A stretch of 64,000 bases of DNA from Anaerolineae bacterium (GTDB lineage Bacteria > Chloroflexota > Anaerolineae > UBA1429): assembly GCA_963675785.1 (NCBI GenBank), contig OY776562.1:1824001-1888000 (forward strand), given 5' to 3'. The position numbers and the translations under genes are program-made. Numbering within the stretch: the first letter of the stretch is position 1; every line of letters begins with the position of its first letter. Below the pieces are notes generated by a model, which was given only the letters and a program-made list of their open reading frames with translations, made no database searches and was not told the DNA's origin. Positions 55,126-64,000 of the stretch are shown in pieces.

Positions 55126-57822
55126 TTAACCAAAAGCAGCGAAACCATCCAGTACCAGTTCTCGCATCAACCCCAGCACCCGATGCGCTGTCCTGGGAGA
55201 AAACCATTCCTCTATCTGCATTCCCTCGATAGCCTTCAAAGGATCAGGTGTGGATAAAGGATTCTCGGGCTGTCTACCATCACCAGCACACCACTGGAGC
55301 AAAGCAGACAAGGGAACTTCTAGAGCCTGACGCGAGCCATGAAACCGAGGCAGAACCTTCATCAGCACTGCTTGGTCAAAAGCTGCTTGATCGCCTCCCA
55401 ACGAATCGTAAATGCCGCTCCCATGAGCTGTCTGTACATAGCAAGCGATCTCGTCAAAGATACGATAGCCCACGTGCATCTTGTGTGGCTGTAATGTAAC
55501 GTTCAAAGCGAGTAGCCGTTCGCGCAGCCAGGGGATGCGCTCCAAACACTCAGCGACCTGTTGCTTACTGTTGTGCTGGAATTTGTTATCTCCCACCAAG
55601 ATATTGAGCAAAGCCTCGGAGCGCTCCAAGGTTCCCTCTGTAGCCGCACTAGGCACATAACTCGCAAAATCGACATCATTCAATTCTAGGGTAAAGGCAC
55701 GATCTAGCACCTTGGGGCTAAAAGAATAAGTCGTTTCATCGACATTGACTGTACCCACAATGTAGAAATTAGGGGGTAGATACAGCTCTTGTGGTGGCAA
55801 GTCCCCCCTAGCGTCTAGAGGCAAATTGAGGCGAAGAGGTTCTTTGGTAAAGCCATCTTGGCTGCGCCCTGATTCTAGAACGCTGAGCAAATCGGAGAAA
55901 TAGTATTCCACCCGAGCTAGATTCATCTCATCGAGGATAACGAACCAGGCCGTCTTTTCACCACGTTTGTAGCTTTCCGTAGCTCGCAATACAAAACGCA
56001 AAAAATCTGTCCACATATAGGTACCGGTAAGGGGGTTATAGTACCCCAGCAGGCTCTTGCTGTCGCGCCAATCAGTGCGCACCGATTCGAATAATGAATT
56101 AGGGATTTCTTCAGCATGGCCACTCGAACGCAAGGTAGCCTCTTTTTCTGTGAGGATGGTAATTTCCTTTAATTCGCCTCCGTCGTCAATGGTGAAATCC
56201 AGATAGGCTTTATCCCCAGCTCGAAACGCGTCCTTAAATCCAAGAGCACAATCTTCGCTGAGATTGAGACATAAACTAGATGAATTCGGATAAACATAGT
56301 GCGAAAGCAAACAAGGGGTAGAGTATTCACCACAATGAGTAGGAAAACGCTTCTTCTCTTCCATTTGAAGAAATGGAAAGCGCTCTAGAAAGCCTAGAGG
56401 TAAATCTATTTGCTTATTTGTAAGCATAGAAGGCCGAATAACAACGCTCGGAAGTGAATCATCGACCACCGTGATGACCGACTGGGGTAACATATCGGCC
56501 AAGGTTTGGGCGAGTTTGGTTTTGCCAGTACCAGAGATACCGGATAGGATGACGAATCCTTTGGTTTGCAGTGCAGTAAAGTAGGCGGCTAATTGCTCAT
56601 CCGTATAGTGCAAGTTGCGTGAAGCAGTACCTTCTTGCAAACAAGCCAATAAATTCCAAGAATCTTCTTGCTCCACTGTCGTTTCTGGAAAAACAGGGGA
56701 AGGCAACTCACGATCAAGAACTCTACGCATATATGATAAAACGCCCGGAGAATGAGATGAGCGCCAAGTGGAAATACTTCCCCACGCACACCATTCCTCA
56801 ATTATCGATTTATATTGGGTGAGCAAAAGCGGAAGGAAGGCTGTTGCACTACCCACAAAGATATCTGATGAAATCCATAGTAAGCGAGCTTGAGGGAATC
56901 TTTTGTAGGGCTCCCCAAGTTCTCCCTTTTCTATGACATCGTTCCAAAAAGCGAGAGAATCTCCTGATAGCTCGGGGTTATCGATAACCAACATTCCTAG
57001 TTTGTTTGCTTTAATTATGGCGACATAGCCTAAACCAATATTCAAAGTAAGTCCATTATCATGCAGAACAATACTCCAAGAAGCCTTTGCGCAATGATGG
57101 GCCAAATCAATGCATTCAGCCATAAAACCAAGAAACTGGTCACGTATAGCGGCATCTGGTAACAACTTTTCTATTACATCTCTGGCACTTGTTTCTTGTG
57201 CTCTCCATGCTTCTAATTCATTAGATTCATCAATATTTATCTTTGAGTAAGTGGGATCAGGCAAATCACGATCTAGATAATCGCGCATGTATAGCAAAAC
57301 CCCTACTGAATGAGCTTGTTTATAAGGAGAACTACCCGAAGACTTCCAAATAACAGGAAATATGTTTCCGTACTGTCGTAGCAAGAATGGCAGTAATTTT
57401 GGAAACATTGTTAGAAAGCTCTCAAAAGAAAACTGATATAGACGTGCTGAAGCAATAGTCTTGAATGGCTCTGAGGCACTTCCTTTTTCCAAGACCTCTC
57501 TCCACCAACTCTTTTCTTCCTCGCTGGATTCCAGAGTATCAGGAATAATGAACTCTATTATATTCGACTTAATCATTAGAATGCGGTATAGCCCAAAATT
57601 CATCGAAAATTCCGACTTTTTTAGCGTAATCTCCCACGCCCCAGGCGCATGATCATGCGCTAATTCGATACAATCGGCCATAAAGGTCAGAAACTGCCGC
57701 CGCAAGCCCTCCTCGGGCAAAAGCTTTTCGATCACCTCACGGGCGTAAGCGACGTCAGTACGGCGCTCTGACAGCGTATCCGCATCCTCCAGTTCGTCTA
57801 AAAAGACCTGATCGTCGCTCAT
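55126..57822 (-). CDS. McrB-family AAA+ GTPase (type IV restriction)
   Basis: Walker A GISGTGKT, LLGYYNP, Walker B LDEMNLARVEYYFSD and signature GTVNVDET..FSPKVLDRA. ATG 57822 overlaps the upstream stop (ATGA). Confidence 0.9.
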   Translation of the reverse strand: MSDDQVFLDELEDADTLSERRTDVAYAREVIEKLLPEEGLRRQFLTFMADCIELAHDHAPGAWEITLKKSEFSMNFGLYRILMIKSNIIEFIIPDTLESSEEEKSWWREVLEKGSASEPFKTIASARLYQFSFESFLTMFPKLLPFLLRQYGNIFPVIWKSSGSSPYKQAHSVGVLLYMRDYLDRDLPDPTYSKINIDESNELEAWRAQETSARDVIEKLLPDAAIRDQFLGFMAECIDLAHHCAKASWSIVLHDNGLTLNIGLGYVAIIKANKLGMLVIDNPELSGDSLAFWNDVIEKGELGEPYKRFPQARLLWISSDIFVGSATAFLPLLLTQYKSIIEEWCAWGSISTWRSSHSPGVLSYMRRVLDRELPSPVFPETTVEQEDSWNLLACLQEGTASRNLHYTDEQLAAYFTALQTKGFVILSGISGTGKTKLAQTLADMLPQSVITVVDDSLPSVVIRPSMLTNKQIDLPLGFLERFPFLQMEEKKRFPTHCGEYSTPCLLSHYVYPNSSSLCLNLSEDCALGFKDAFRAGDKAYLDFTIDDGGELKEITILTEKEATLRSSGHAEEIPNSLFESVRTDWRDSKSLLGYYNPLTGTYMWTDFLRFVLRATESYKRGEKTAWFVILDEMNLARVEYYFSDLLSVLESGRSQDGFTKEPLRLNLPLDARGDLPPQELYLPPNFYIVGTVNVDETTYSFSPKVLDRAFTLELNDVDFASYVPSAATEGTLERSEALLNILVGDNKFQHNSKQQVAECLERIPWLRERLLALNVTLQPHKMHVGYRIFDEIACYVQTAHGSGIYDSLGGDQAAFDQAVLMKVLPRFHGSRQALEVPLSALLQWCAGDGRQPENPLSTPDPLKAIEGMQIEEWFSPRTAHRVLGLMRELVLDGFAAFG

Positions 57823-59429
57823 TCCTTTTCCTCCACACGCATCGGTAGCGCCCCTACCCCAGCGATATTGCCAAACAACACGTTTTCCAGGCCTAGCGCA
57901 TACTCGGCGCCATCCGTACCGTAAAAACAAGCCGAGTCGCCCGGATAGAGGGCCACGGCAGCACGCAGTTTAAGCGCATCACGGTACGTGTGCATCTTGT
58001 ATAGGTCGGCATGTTTAGCCGCCGTCCTTTCGTTATCGGGCTGATCGAGACTAGCCAGACGATCCAGGCGAAACTTGGCATCGAGTGCCACGTCGCGATG
58101 ACCCTGGCGGTGCCAGGTGTAATCTGGCCGCAACAGCACCGAGTAACTGTTGGGCCGCGCAAAGCCACGGTTGTATTCGAGTACGCCACAATCCGCAAAA
58201 ACAGCACGCGCCCCATGTTCCAATCCGGTCTCATCCGAAAGAATCAACGTTAGTTTAGGATCAAAACCGCTTATAGCTTTGATGCGATCAATGAGCCAGT
58301 AGAAACCCCACACCTCGTAAAGCGTAGCCACATCGCGCAAAGAGATAGCCTGTTCGATACGATCATAGAGGGGATGACGCGAGAGATGGAACAAGCGCCA
58401 GAGCTGTAGCAATTCGCGGTAACCGTCCCGACGGAGTAAAACTTGGGAGCGAAACGGCAACAAGCGCATAGGGCCAACATCCGCAAAGGCTGGATTCTTG
58501 GTCCAACCCTGTAGATAGACGCGAAGCATATCGAGAGACTGGCGATCACCCTCTCCCAACCTGGGCCACCAACGCTGAGCCTGCAAATCGAACAACACTT
58601 GTTCGAGCGCTTTTACGAAATAGACTACAAAGCGGTTTTCGGGATTATCGCAGGTCTCGTACGGACAACGTTGCCAAACATGCGAAGGGACATAACGTCG
58701 CCCTTGGCGGTCAGAGAGACCAGTGTTCAAACGAGTAGATATCCATCGCTGCGGAGACTGAAGCACATCTAGCAGTACATCCGCATCCAACTCTGCAGCA
58801 GCCCCCGTCTCTATCAAACGGGAATCATCGGTCAAAGTGCGATACGTCGCACGTTGGATAACCTGAAGCGCCTCTATTAGCGCCTGAGCATAGGTGCGCA
58901 AGAAATAAAGCACAAACAAACGCGAGGGTATACGTAGACTTTCAGAGGTAGCCAGCATGGTGGTTGCTGAAGGAGCAAAGGGTAATCGTGCTGCACGTTC
59001 GTAAAGATCATCGATGAGGCTTTGAGAAAAAGCCAGATGCTCACGTGCATCGGCGTGTTTGTTCGAGATGATCAGCAGACACAAAGAGTTGGCATCCCGA
59101 TGTCCCTCGTACTCGGCTTTTATATGAGCCAGGCCAACTTGGTTTTCGAAACACAAGCGGAAAATGTTACCTTTAACCGGGGTAAGGCGTTGTCCAGAAA
59201 GCCAAAGAGCTTTTATGCCTGGGCAATCGATATAGTACTCATGCCATTCGCGAATCCAGGCCGATACCGGTGGAATCTCTAGTGGCACACAGGTTGCCTT
59301 AACCCAGCCAAGGCGGCTATGTTCTGTATCGAGCTGAGCAAGGAAATCAGTACACCAACTAGACGCGTTCTGTTGAAGAGCGCATTCTACCACGTTCGCA
59401 ATATGAGTGTCCGTTTGTGTCGTCTCCAT
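57819..59429 (-). CDS. McrC-like DUF2357 / PD-(D/E)XK nuclease
   Basis: D.PENRFV, VL.RR.GYR, LYE.W, LRPD, LDAKFR, DL.KMH.YRDAL and LYPG. Exact start uncertain. Confidence 0.88.
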   Translation of the reverse strand: METTQTDTHIANVVECALQQNASSWCTDFLAQLDTEHSRLGWVKATCVPLEIPPVSAWIREWHEYYIDCPGIKALWLSGQRLTPVKGNIFRLCFENQVGLAHIKAEYEGHRDANSLCLLIISNKHADAREHLAFSQSLIDDLYERAARLPFAPSATTMLATSESLRIPSRLFVLYFLRTYAQALIEALQVIQRATYRTLTDDSRLIETGAAAELDADVLLDVLQSPQRWISTRLNTGLSDRQGRRYVPSHVWQRCPYETCDNPENRFVVYFVKALEQVLFDLQAQRWWPRLGEGDRQSLDMLRVYLQGWTKNPAFADVGPMRLLPFRSQVLLRRDGYRELLQLWRLFHLSRHPLYDRIEQAISLRDVATLYEVWGFYWLIDRIKAISGFDPKLTLILSDETGLEHGARAVFADCGVLEYNRGFARPNSYSVLLRPDYTWHRQGHRDVALDAKFRLDRLASLDQPDNERTAAKHADLYKMHTYRDALKLRAAVALYPGDSACFYGTDGAEYALGLENVLFGNIAGVGALPMRVEEKE

Positions 59430-59485
59430 TGCAGTATAGCTTATCCCGTAAAACAGATAGCGTCAACGCAACTACTCTCAAACCT

Positions 59486-59515
59486 TTGCATCCGCACCTC
59501 ACGCCGTGCTATACT
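59486..59515 (+). promoter_or_regulatory. sigma70-type promoter of etfBA
   Basis: TTGCAT-N18-TATACT with TG extension. Confidence 0.55.
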
Positions 59516-59549
59516 CGCCGACAGCAGTTTGGAAAGTGAAAGGCCCTGT

Positions 59550-60347
59550 ATGCACGCCATTGTATGCATCAAATCGGTACCCGATACCACCCAGGTTAGT
59601 TTTGACCCCGAGACCAACACGCTGGTGCGAGCCGGTGTAGCTTCGACCATCAATCCCTTTGATACCTACGCCATCGAGGAAGCGCTGCGCATGCGCGAGG
59701 CTCACGGCGGCACGGTGACGGTGATCAGCATGGGGCCGCCCCAGGCCGAGAACGAGTTGCGCGAGGCTCTGGCCATGGGTTGCGACCGCGCCATTCTGTT
59801 GTGCTCTCGTGATTTTGCCGGCAGCGATACCTGGGCCACGGCCTATACGCTGTCGCGGGCCATACGCGCACTGCCCCCGGCCGATGTGGTGCTGTGCGGC
59901 AAGCAGGCCATCGACGGCGACACCGGCCAGGTAGGGCCGGGTATCGCCAACCAGTTGGGCCTGCCCCAGCTCACCTATGTGTTCCGCATTCAGGCGATGG
60001 ATTTCGAGGCGGGCACCATTCGCGTGCAGCGCATTGTGGAAGAGGGGCTGGAGGTGGATGAGACCCGGTTGCCCGCCCTGCTCACCGTGGTCAAGGACAT
60101 CAACACGCCGCGTTACCCCACATTGCGCAACATTCGGCACGCCCGAAGGGCCGAGATCGAGACCTGGACGCCCTGCGATCTGCCCGAGTGCAGCGAATCC
60201 TGCCTGGGATTGACGGGTTCGCCCACCCAAGTGGTCAAGGTGTTTGCGCCGCCCCAACGCAGCGAGCAAGCCGTGTTGATTGAGGGCGAGCCTCAAGAAG
60301 CAGCGGCAACCCTGATTCGTATTCTGCGCGAGCGGCAGCTCATTTAG
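59550..60347 (+). CDS. etfB: Electron transfer flavoprotein beta subunit
   Basis: VC.K.VPDT, NPFD..AIEEA, GSDTWAT, GKQAIDGDTGQVGP and GSPT.V. Confidence 0.95.
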   Translation: MHAIVCIKSVPDTTQVSFDPETNTLVRAGVASTINPFDTYAIEEALRMREAHGGTVTVISMGPPQAENELREALAMGCDRAILLCSRDFAGSDTWATAYTLSRAIRALPPADVVLCGKQAIDGDTGQVGPGIANQLGLPQLTYVFRIQAMDFEAGTIRVQRIVEEGLEVDETRLPALLTVVKDINTPRYPTLRNIRHARRAEIETWTPCDLPECSESCLGLTGSPTQVVKVFAPPQRSEQAVLIEGEPQEAAATLIRILRERQLI

Positions 60348-60356
60348 GAGATAGCG

Positions 60357-61550
60357 ATGGCCCTCTTGATCATAGATCGTGAAACGTGTATTGGCTGCGG
60401 CGCTTGCGCGGCAGTGTGCCCTTTTGGGGCGCTAGAGATCGCAGATGGCCTTGCCGAGGTGAACGAGGCCTGCACGGCCTGCGGCGCCTGCCTTGGCGAA
60501 TGCCCGGTGGAGGCGCTTTCATTGCCACGGGCCGCTGCTGCTGCCGATATCGCCAGTGCCAGCGGCGTGTGGGTCTGGATCGAGCAGCACCAGGGCGCGG
60601 GTGCCGAGATCTCCTGGGAGATTCTGGGCGAAGGACGACGACTGGCCGATTCCGCCAACGTCGAACTGACGGCCCTGGTGTTCGGACACAACGTCGCAGC
60701 GGTAGCTGAGGAAGCCATTGCCTATGGTGCCGACCGCGTGCTGCTGGCCGATGACCCGCAACTGGCAATGTTCCGTACCGAGCCCTATGCCCGCGTGCTC
60801 AACGGCCTGGTGCGTGAATACCAGCCGGCTATTCTGTTGATGGGCGCCGATGCCCGCGGACGCGACCTGGCCAGCGCCGCCGCCACCGAGCTGCACACGG
60901 GTCTCACCGCTGACTGCACCTCGTTGCGTATCAACGCCGAGAGTGGCCTGCTGGAGCAGACCCGCCCGGCCTATGGCGGCAATATCATGGCCACCATCAT
61001 TACGCCTAACCACCGCCCACAGATGGCCACCGTGCGTCACCACGTGTTTGCGGTGCCCCCACGCGATGCCAACCGCCGTGGCGAAATCATCCCTGTTACA
61101 GTTGCCATCAGTCCCGCCGACCTGCTGACCCGTGTGCTGGAGCTGATCCCGGTAGAGCAAGACGCTAACATCTCGGATGCGCGCATTATTGTGGCGGGCG
61201 GAGCAGGCGCAGGTGGCGCCGATGGTTTTGTCCCCATTCGTGAGCTGGCCGCTGCCCTGGGCGGCGCCGTGGGCGCCTCGCGCTATGCGGTCGATCAGGG
61301 ATGGATTCCCTACGAGCATCAGGTGGGGCAGACCGGACGCACCGTTCGGCCCGATCTTTACATCGCCTGCGGCATCTCGGGGGCCATTCAGCACCTGGCC
61401 GGCATGTCTACTGCTGGCACCATTGTGGCCATCAACACCGACCCGCAAGCGCCCATCTTTCGTGCCGCCCATTTCGGCATTGTGGGCGATATGCACGAGA
61501 TTCTGCCCGAGCTGACCCGAGCTGTGTTGGCCATGGACAAGCACAAATGA
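60357..61550 (+). CDS. etfA: Electron transfer flavoprotein alpha subunit with N-terminal 2[4Fe-4S] domain
   Basis: CIGCGAC...CP and CTACGAC...CP, GLTADCT, RP..GGN, QVGQTG and GISGAIQH. Confidence 0.95.
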   Translation: MALLIIDRETCIGCGACAAVCPFGALEIADGLAEVNEACTACGACLGECPVEALSLPRAAAAADIASASGVWVWIEQHQGAGAEISWEILGEGRRLADSANVELTALVFGHNVAAVAEEAIAYGADRVLLADDPQLAMFRTEPYARVLNGLVREYQPAILLMGADARGRDLASAAATELHTGLTADCTSLRINAESGLLEQTRPAYGGNIMATIITPNHRPQMATVRHHVFAVPPRDANRRGEIIPVTVAISPADLLTRVLELIPVEQDANISDARIIVAGGAGAGGADGFVPIRELAAALGGAVGASRYAVDQGWIPYEHQVGQTGRTVRPDLYIACGISGAIQHLAGMSTAGTIVAINTDPQAPIFRAAHFGIVGDMHEILPELTRAVLAMDKHK

Positions 61551-62422
61551 GCACCGCCATCACGCAACAGCGCCTGGAAGAATTGCGTAACCTGCGCTGG
61601 TTTCGCCTGCCCGAATATCGTGTGCGTAGCGAGGCCCAGGCGCTGGCCTTTGTGGACGAGGTGGGCTTTGCTTTTTTGTTTGGCGAAAAAGGTGTCGATA
61701 TCCCCACGCTGTGGGGTGCGGTGTGCGGCGGCGAGCGCCCCGTACCCCAGAACCACGATGACCACGAACTGGGCATCACTTGGAATCTCAAGGATACGCT
61801 GCCCAGCAAAGGCCTCATCTATTACGGCAAGCTGCTGCGCAAAAAGCCCACGCTGGTGACGCTGGAGCTGCTGCCCACCTTTTACGCCCTCTCACCCAAT
61901 TACGGCGATGAAGAGGACTATTTGCTGCTCTACCAGGAGGGCAAACTGACCGCCGAGGCGCGCACCCTCTATGAGGTGCTGTTGACCAAAGGTAACGCCA
62001 TGCCCACCAGTCACTTGCGCCGCGAAGGCGGCATGGCCGGCGGCGAAAACGCCCGCCGTTTCGATCGGGCCATCGAAGAGCTGCAGGTGAACATGATGAT
62101 CGCCAAAGCGGGCATCTCGGATGCCAACCGCTGGGGCTATGCCTATGTGTACGACCTGTTCATCCGCCAGTACCCCAAGGTGCCCGAGCAAGCCCGCGAT
62201 ATCTCGACGGCAGCAGCCATGAAGACGCTACTAGTACGCTACCTGCACAACGTGGTAGCCGTGCCCGAAGCACAGGCCAAGCGCCTCTTTGCTTGGGAAG
62301 CCTGGGCCTGGGAGGATACGCTAGAACGCCTGGAGCGCGAGGAGACGCTGCTGCGGGATGTAGAGATCGAAGGCGTCAAGAGCAAGGGGTTGGTGTTGCG
62401 GGAGGATGTGAAGAGTGATTAG
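61547..62422 (+). CDS. AlkZ/YcaQ-related winged-helix protein
   Basis: AL.FVDEVGF..LF, W..KD.LP....YYGKL..KKPT and FDRA..ELQ. ATGA overlap with etfA. Confidence 0.6.
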   Translation: MSTAITQQRLEELRNLRWFRLPEYRVRSEAQALAFVDEVGFAFLFGEKGVDIPTLWGAVCGGERPVPQNHDDHELGITWNLKDTLPSKGLIYYGKLLRKKPTLVTLELLPTFYALSPNYGDEEDYLLLYQEGKLTAEARTLYEVLLTKGNAMPTSHLRREGGMAGGENARRFDRAIEELQVNMMIAKAGISDANRWGYAYVYDLFIRQYPKVPEQARDISTAAAMKTLLVRYLHNVVAVPEAQAKRLFAWEAWAWEDTLERLEREETLLRDVEIEGVKSKGLVLREDVKSD

Positions 62423-62563
62423 TTAGCTTGAGACGATCACGAATACTTTGGCTACAACTAAAGTGTACCAGAAAACAACCAGAATAATGTTAAAGTATCT
62501 CGATCTCCTACTATTGATACATATTTATTCCAGTTGAGCTTATCTTTCTTTGATAACCAACTT

Positions 62564-62986
62564 CTACTCGGAACTCAGAGTAATCTTGTCCCTCAGGATT
62601 GAAAGACGATCGATAATTTCTGTGACAGCATCTTTCATCTGTTCATATGGAGAAAGCTCCTTATCACGTTCAGCAGCTAACGCACGTTTTCTAGCGGCTC
62701 CCGCGCTCTTCATAGAAGACCTATACTTCGAACCCAATAGAGTTCCCCCTAATCCAGGCTGGTATGTAGCTCCTTCAATTTGATCTCGATACCTGGCTCG
62801 AACTTGTTTGATTTCAGTTACAAGCTCTTTTTTCATAAGTCGCAGCTGTTTTTGAGCCAAACTGATTTGCTTTGTTGCTATCTTGGGATCGTCATCATGC
62901 TCAAACCCAAACTCTAGATTTCTTCCTTTTCTTGAGAGAGTTAAGCCAGGGATATCGTTAATCCTACTCATATACTCATTAAACAT
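62564..62986 (-). CDS. Hypothetical coiled-coil protein (lower GC than neighbours)
   Basis: RBS AGGGAGGA before ATG 62986; heptad-rich, basic sequence. Confidence 0.55.
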   Translation of the reverse strand: MFNEYMSRINDIPGLTLSRKGRNLEFGFEHDDDPKIATKQISLAQKQLRLMKKELVTEIKQVRARYRDQIEGATYQPGLGGTLLGSKYRSSMKSAGAARKRALAAERDKELSPYEQMKDAVTEIIDRLSILRDKITLSSE

Positions 62987-63169
62987 GACTGTATCGTCCT
63001 CCCTGAAGATAATGGCTACATGCCTCCAGTCACTATTTCTATAGCCCAAGACATGTTACAGCTATGATGTTGAAAATCTTCCTTAACGATAGTTTTCGAT
63101 ACTCTGAACTACGGATCAGAGCAAAACCATCATACACAAAAAAGATGACTATTTCCAGAGAAAAGAACC

Positions 63170-63207
63170 CTGGAGGGCTCCTTTCATATATGAAAGGAGC
63201 CCTCCAG
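63170..63207. repeat. Perfect 38-bp palindrome
   Basis: CTGGAGGGCTCCTTTCATA|TATGAAAGGAGCCCTCCAG. Confidence 0.9.
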
Positions 63208-63262
63208 CACTCGCTGAAAAAAACAGCTATCAGCACACCGCTTTGGTCATCTCCAAAACGCA

Positions 63263-63294
63263 CGAGAGCCCGGAATAATCCGGGCTCTTGTTTT
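63263..63294. terminator. Hairpin / probable terminator
   Basis: CGAGAGCCCGGA-ataa-TCCGGGCTCTTG followed by TTTT. Confidence 0.6.
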
Positions 63295-63361
63295 GCCTGG
63301 TATTGGGGCTTGCCGCAGAACGCGGATGTGGCGCACTCTGCGGGCACAATAGCTACGAGAG

Positions 63362-64000
63362 CTATTCCAGGCCCAATTCTGCCAATCTCTCCGCTCGGCC
63401 CAGAAACACGCCCTGTGAAACGAGCGTTCTCTGCAGTTCTCGGATGTTGATATCGCGCGGAGTGGTTCCGCTCAGCGCCGCTACGGCCGCAGCCGCACCA
63501 GCCGCCTGACCGGGCTTCATGCTGTTGGTGCCGCAGCGCAAAATGGGTTGTGGGATACAAGAGACAGACTTGCCGCTGCCCACCAGCAGATTCTCAACGC
63601 CCTGCGGCAGGATGATGCCGTAAGAGATGTCGATGAGACTGGGATTGAAGATACTACAGCCATCGGTGGTGAGTTCTCCACCCACTGATTCAGCCCGCAC
63701 CTTGCCCTTGTCGTCCTGGTCAAAGGGGTGATCCAAATAGCCATCACCACCCCAGGGGCAACCAGAGCGCACCGCCACGACATCATCAAAGTGCACGTCG
63801 TCCAGTGAATTGACAAGCTCGCTGGTCAAAGTGCTGACACCATCCAGGGCGCGACTGACGCGAATGCCCAAGTCCTGGGATATCTGAGAGACATGGGCGT
63901 TCTTGAAACCAGGCAGGGTTTTTTTGTAGAAATCGGCCACATAGTACACCAGGCGGGTCATCTCTAGCTCGGCCTCTGAAGTAGCCTTAGGATCGAGAGA
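63362..64000 (-). CDS. FAD-dependent oxidoreductase, C-terminal part (truncated by window end)
   Basis: PGF.NA, LGIR.SR, I.Y..ILP..VENLLVG, GQAAG.AAA.A and .LQ..L..QG. Frame is open to the window edge. Confidence 0.8.
   Translation of the reverse strand, partial: SLDPKATSEAELEMTRLVYYVADFYKKTLPGFKNAHVSQISQDLGIRVSRALDGVSTLTSELVNSLDDVHFDDVVAVRSGCPWGGDGYLDHPFDQDDKGKVRAESVGGELTTDGCSIFNPSLIDISYGIILPQGVENLLVGSGKSVSCIPQPILRCGTNSMKPGQAAGAAAAVAALSGTTPRDINIRELQRTLVSQGVFLGRAERLAELGLE

Noticed and set aside
59499-61544. Long antisense ORFs (265 aa and 341 aa) opposite etfB/etfA, and similar ones opposite alaS, degV and others
   Set aside because: Shadow ORFs expected from GC-rich codon usage; they have no motifs or RBS.

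Overview
Bacterial chromosomal window, most likely Chloroflexota/Anaerolineae-like. That assignment is inferred from tig-clpP-clpX, bacterial alaS, ruvX-mltG, sigma70-type promoters, T/P-rich linker proteins and a 'baseplate-J-like' gene next to ruvX-mltG. The main feature is an 11-gene ARCHAELLUM (archaeal-type flagellum) operon at 3848-14519: arlB, arlCDE-like, arlG, arlF, a CheY-like regulator, a receiver-domain-ArlH fusion, arlI, arlJ, an unknown membrane protein, a PilN-like protein with inserted duplicated domains, and a PilO-like-LysM protein. It is preceded by an AT-rich block, and the archaellin gene is bracketed by mutually complementary 5' and 3' sequences. The rest holds a MEDS protein plus hybrid kinase, three tRNAs (Lys-CTT, Leu-TAG, Gly-GCC), tig/clpPX/alaS, and a degenerate FtsA-like plus baseplate-J-like gene pair. 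It also holds an OppB-OppC-M28(pseudo)peptidase triple fusion, a sugar/uronate catabolic cluster, a reversed McrC-McrB type IV restriction locus with duplicated and inserted specificity domains, etfBA, and a perfect 38-bp palindrome within a larger structured intergenic element. All calls come from motif recognition by eye; no database searches were run.
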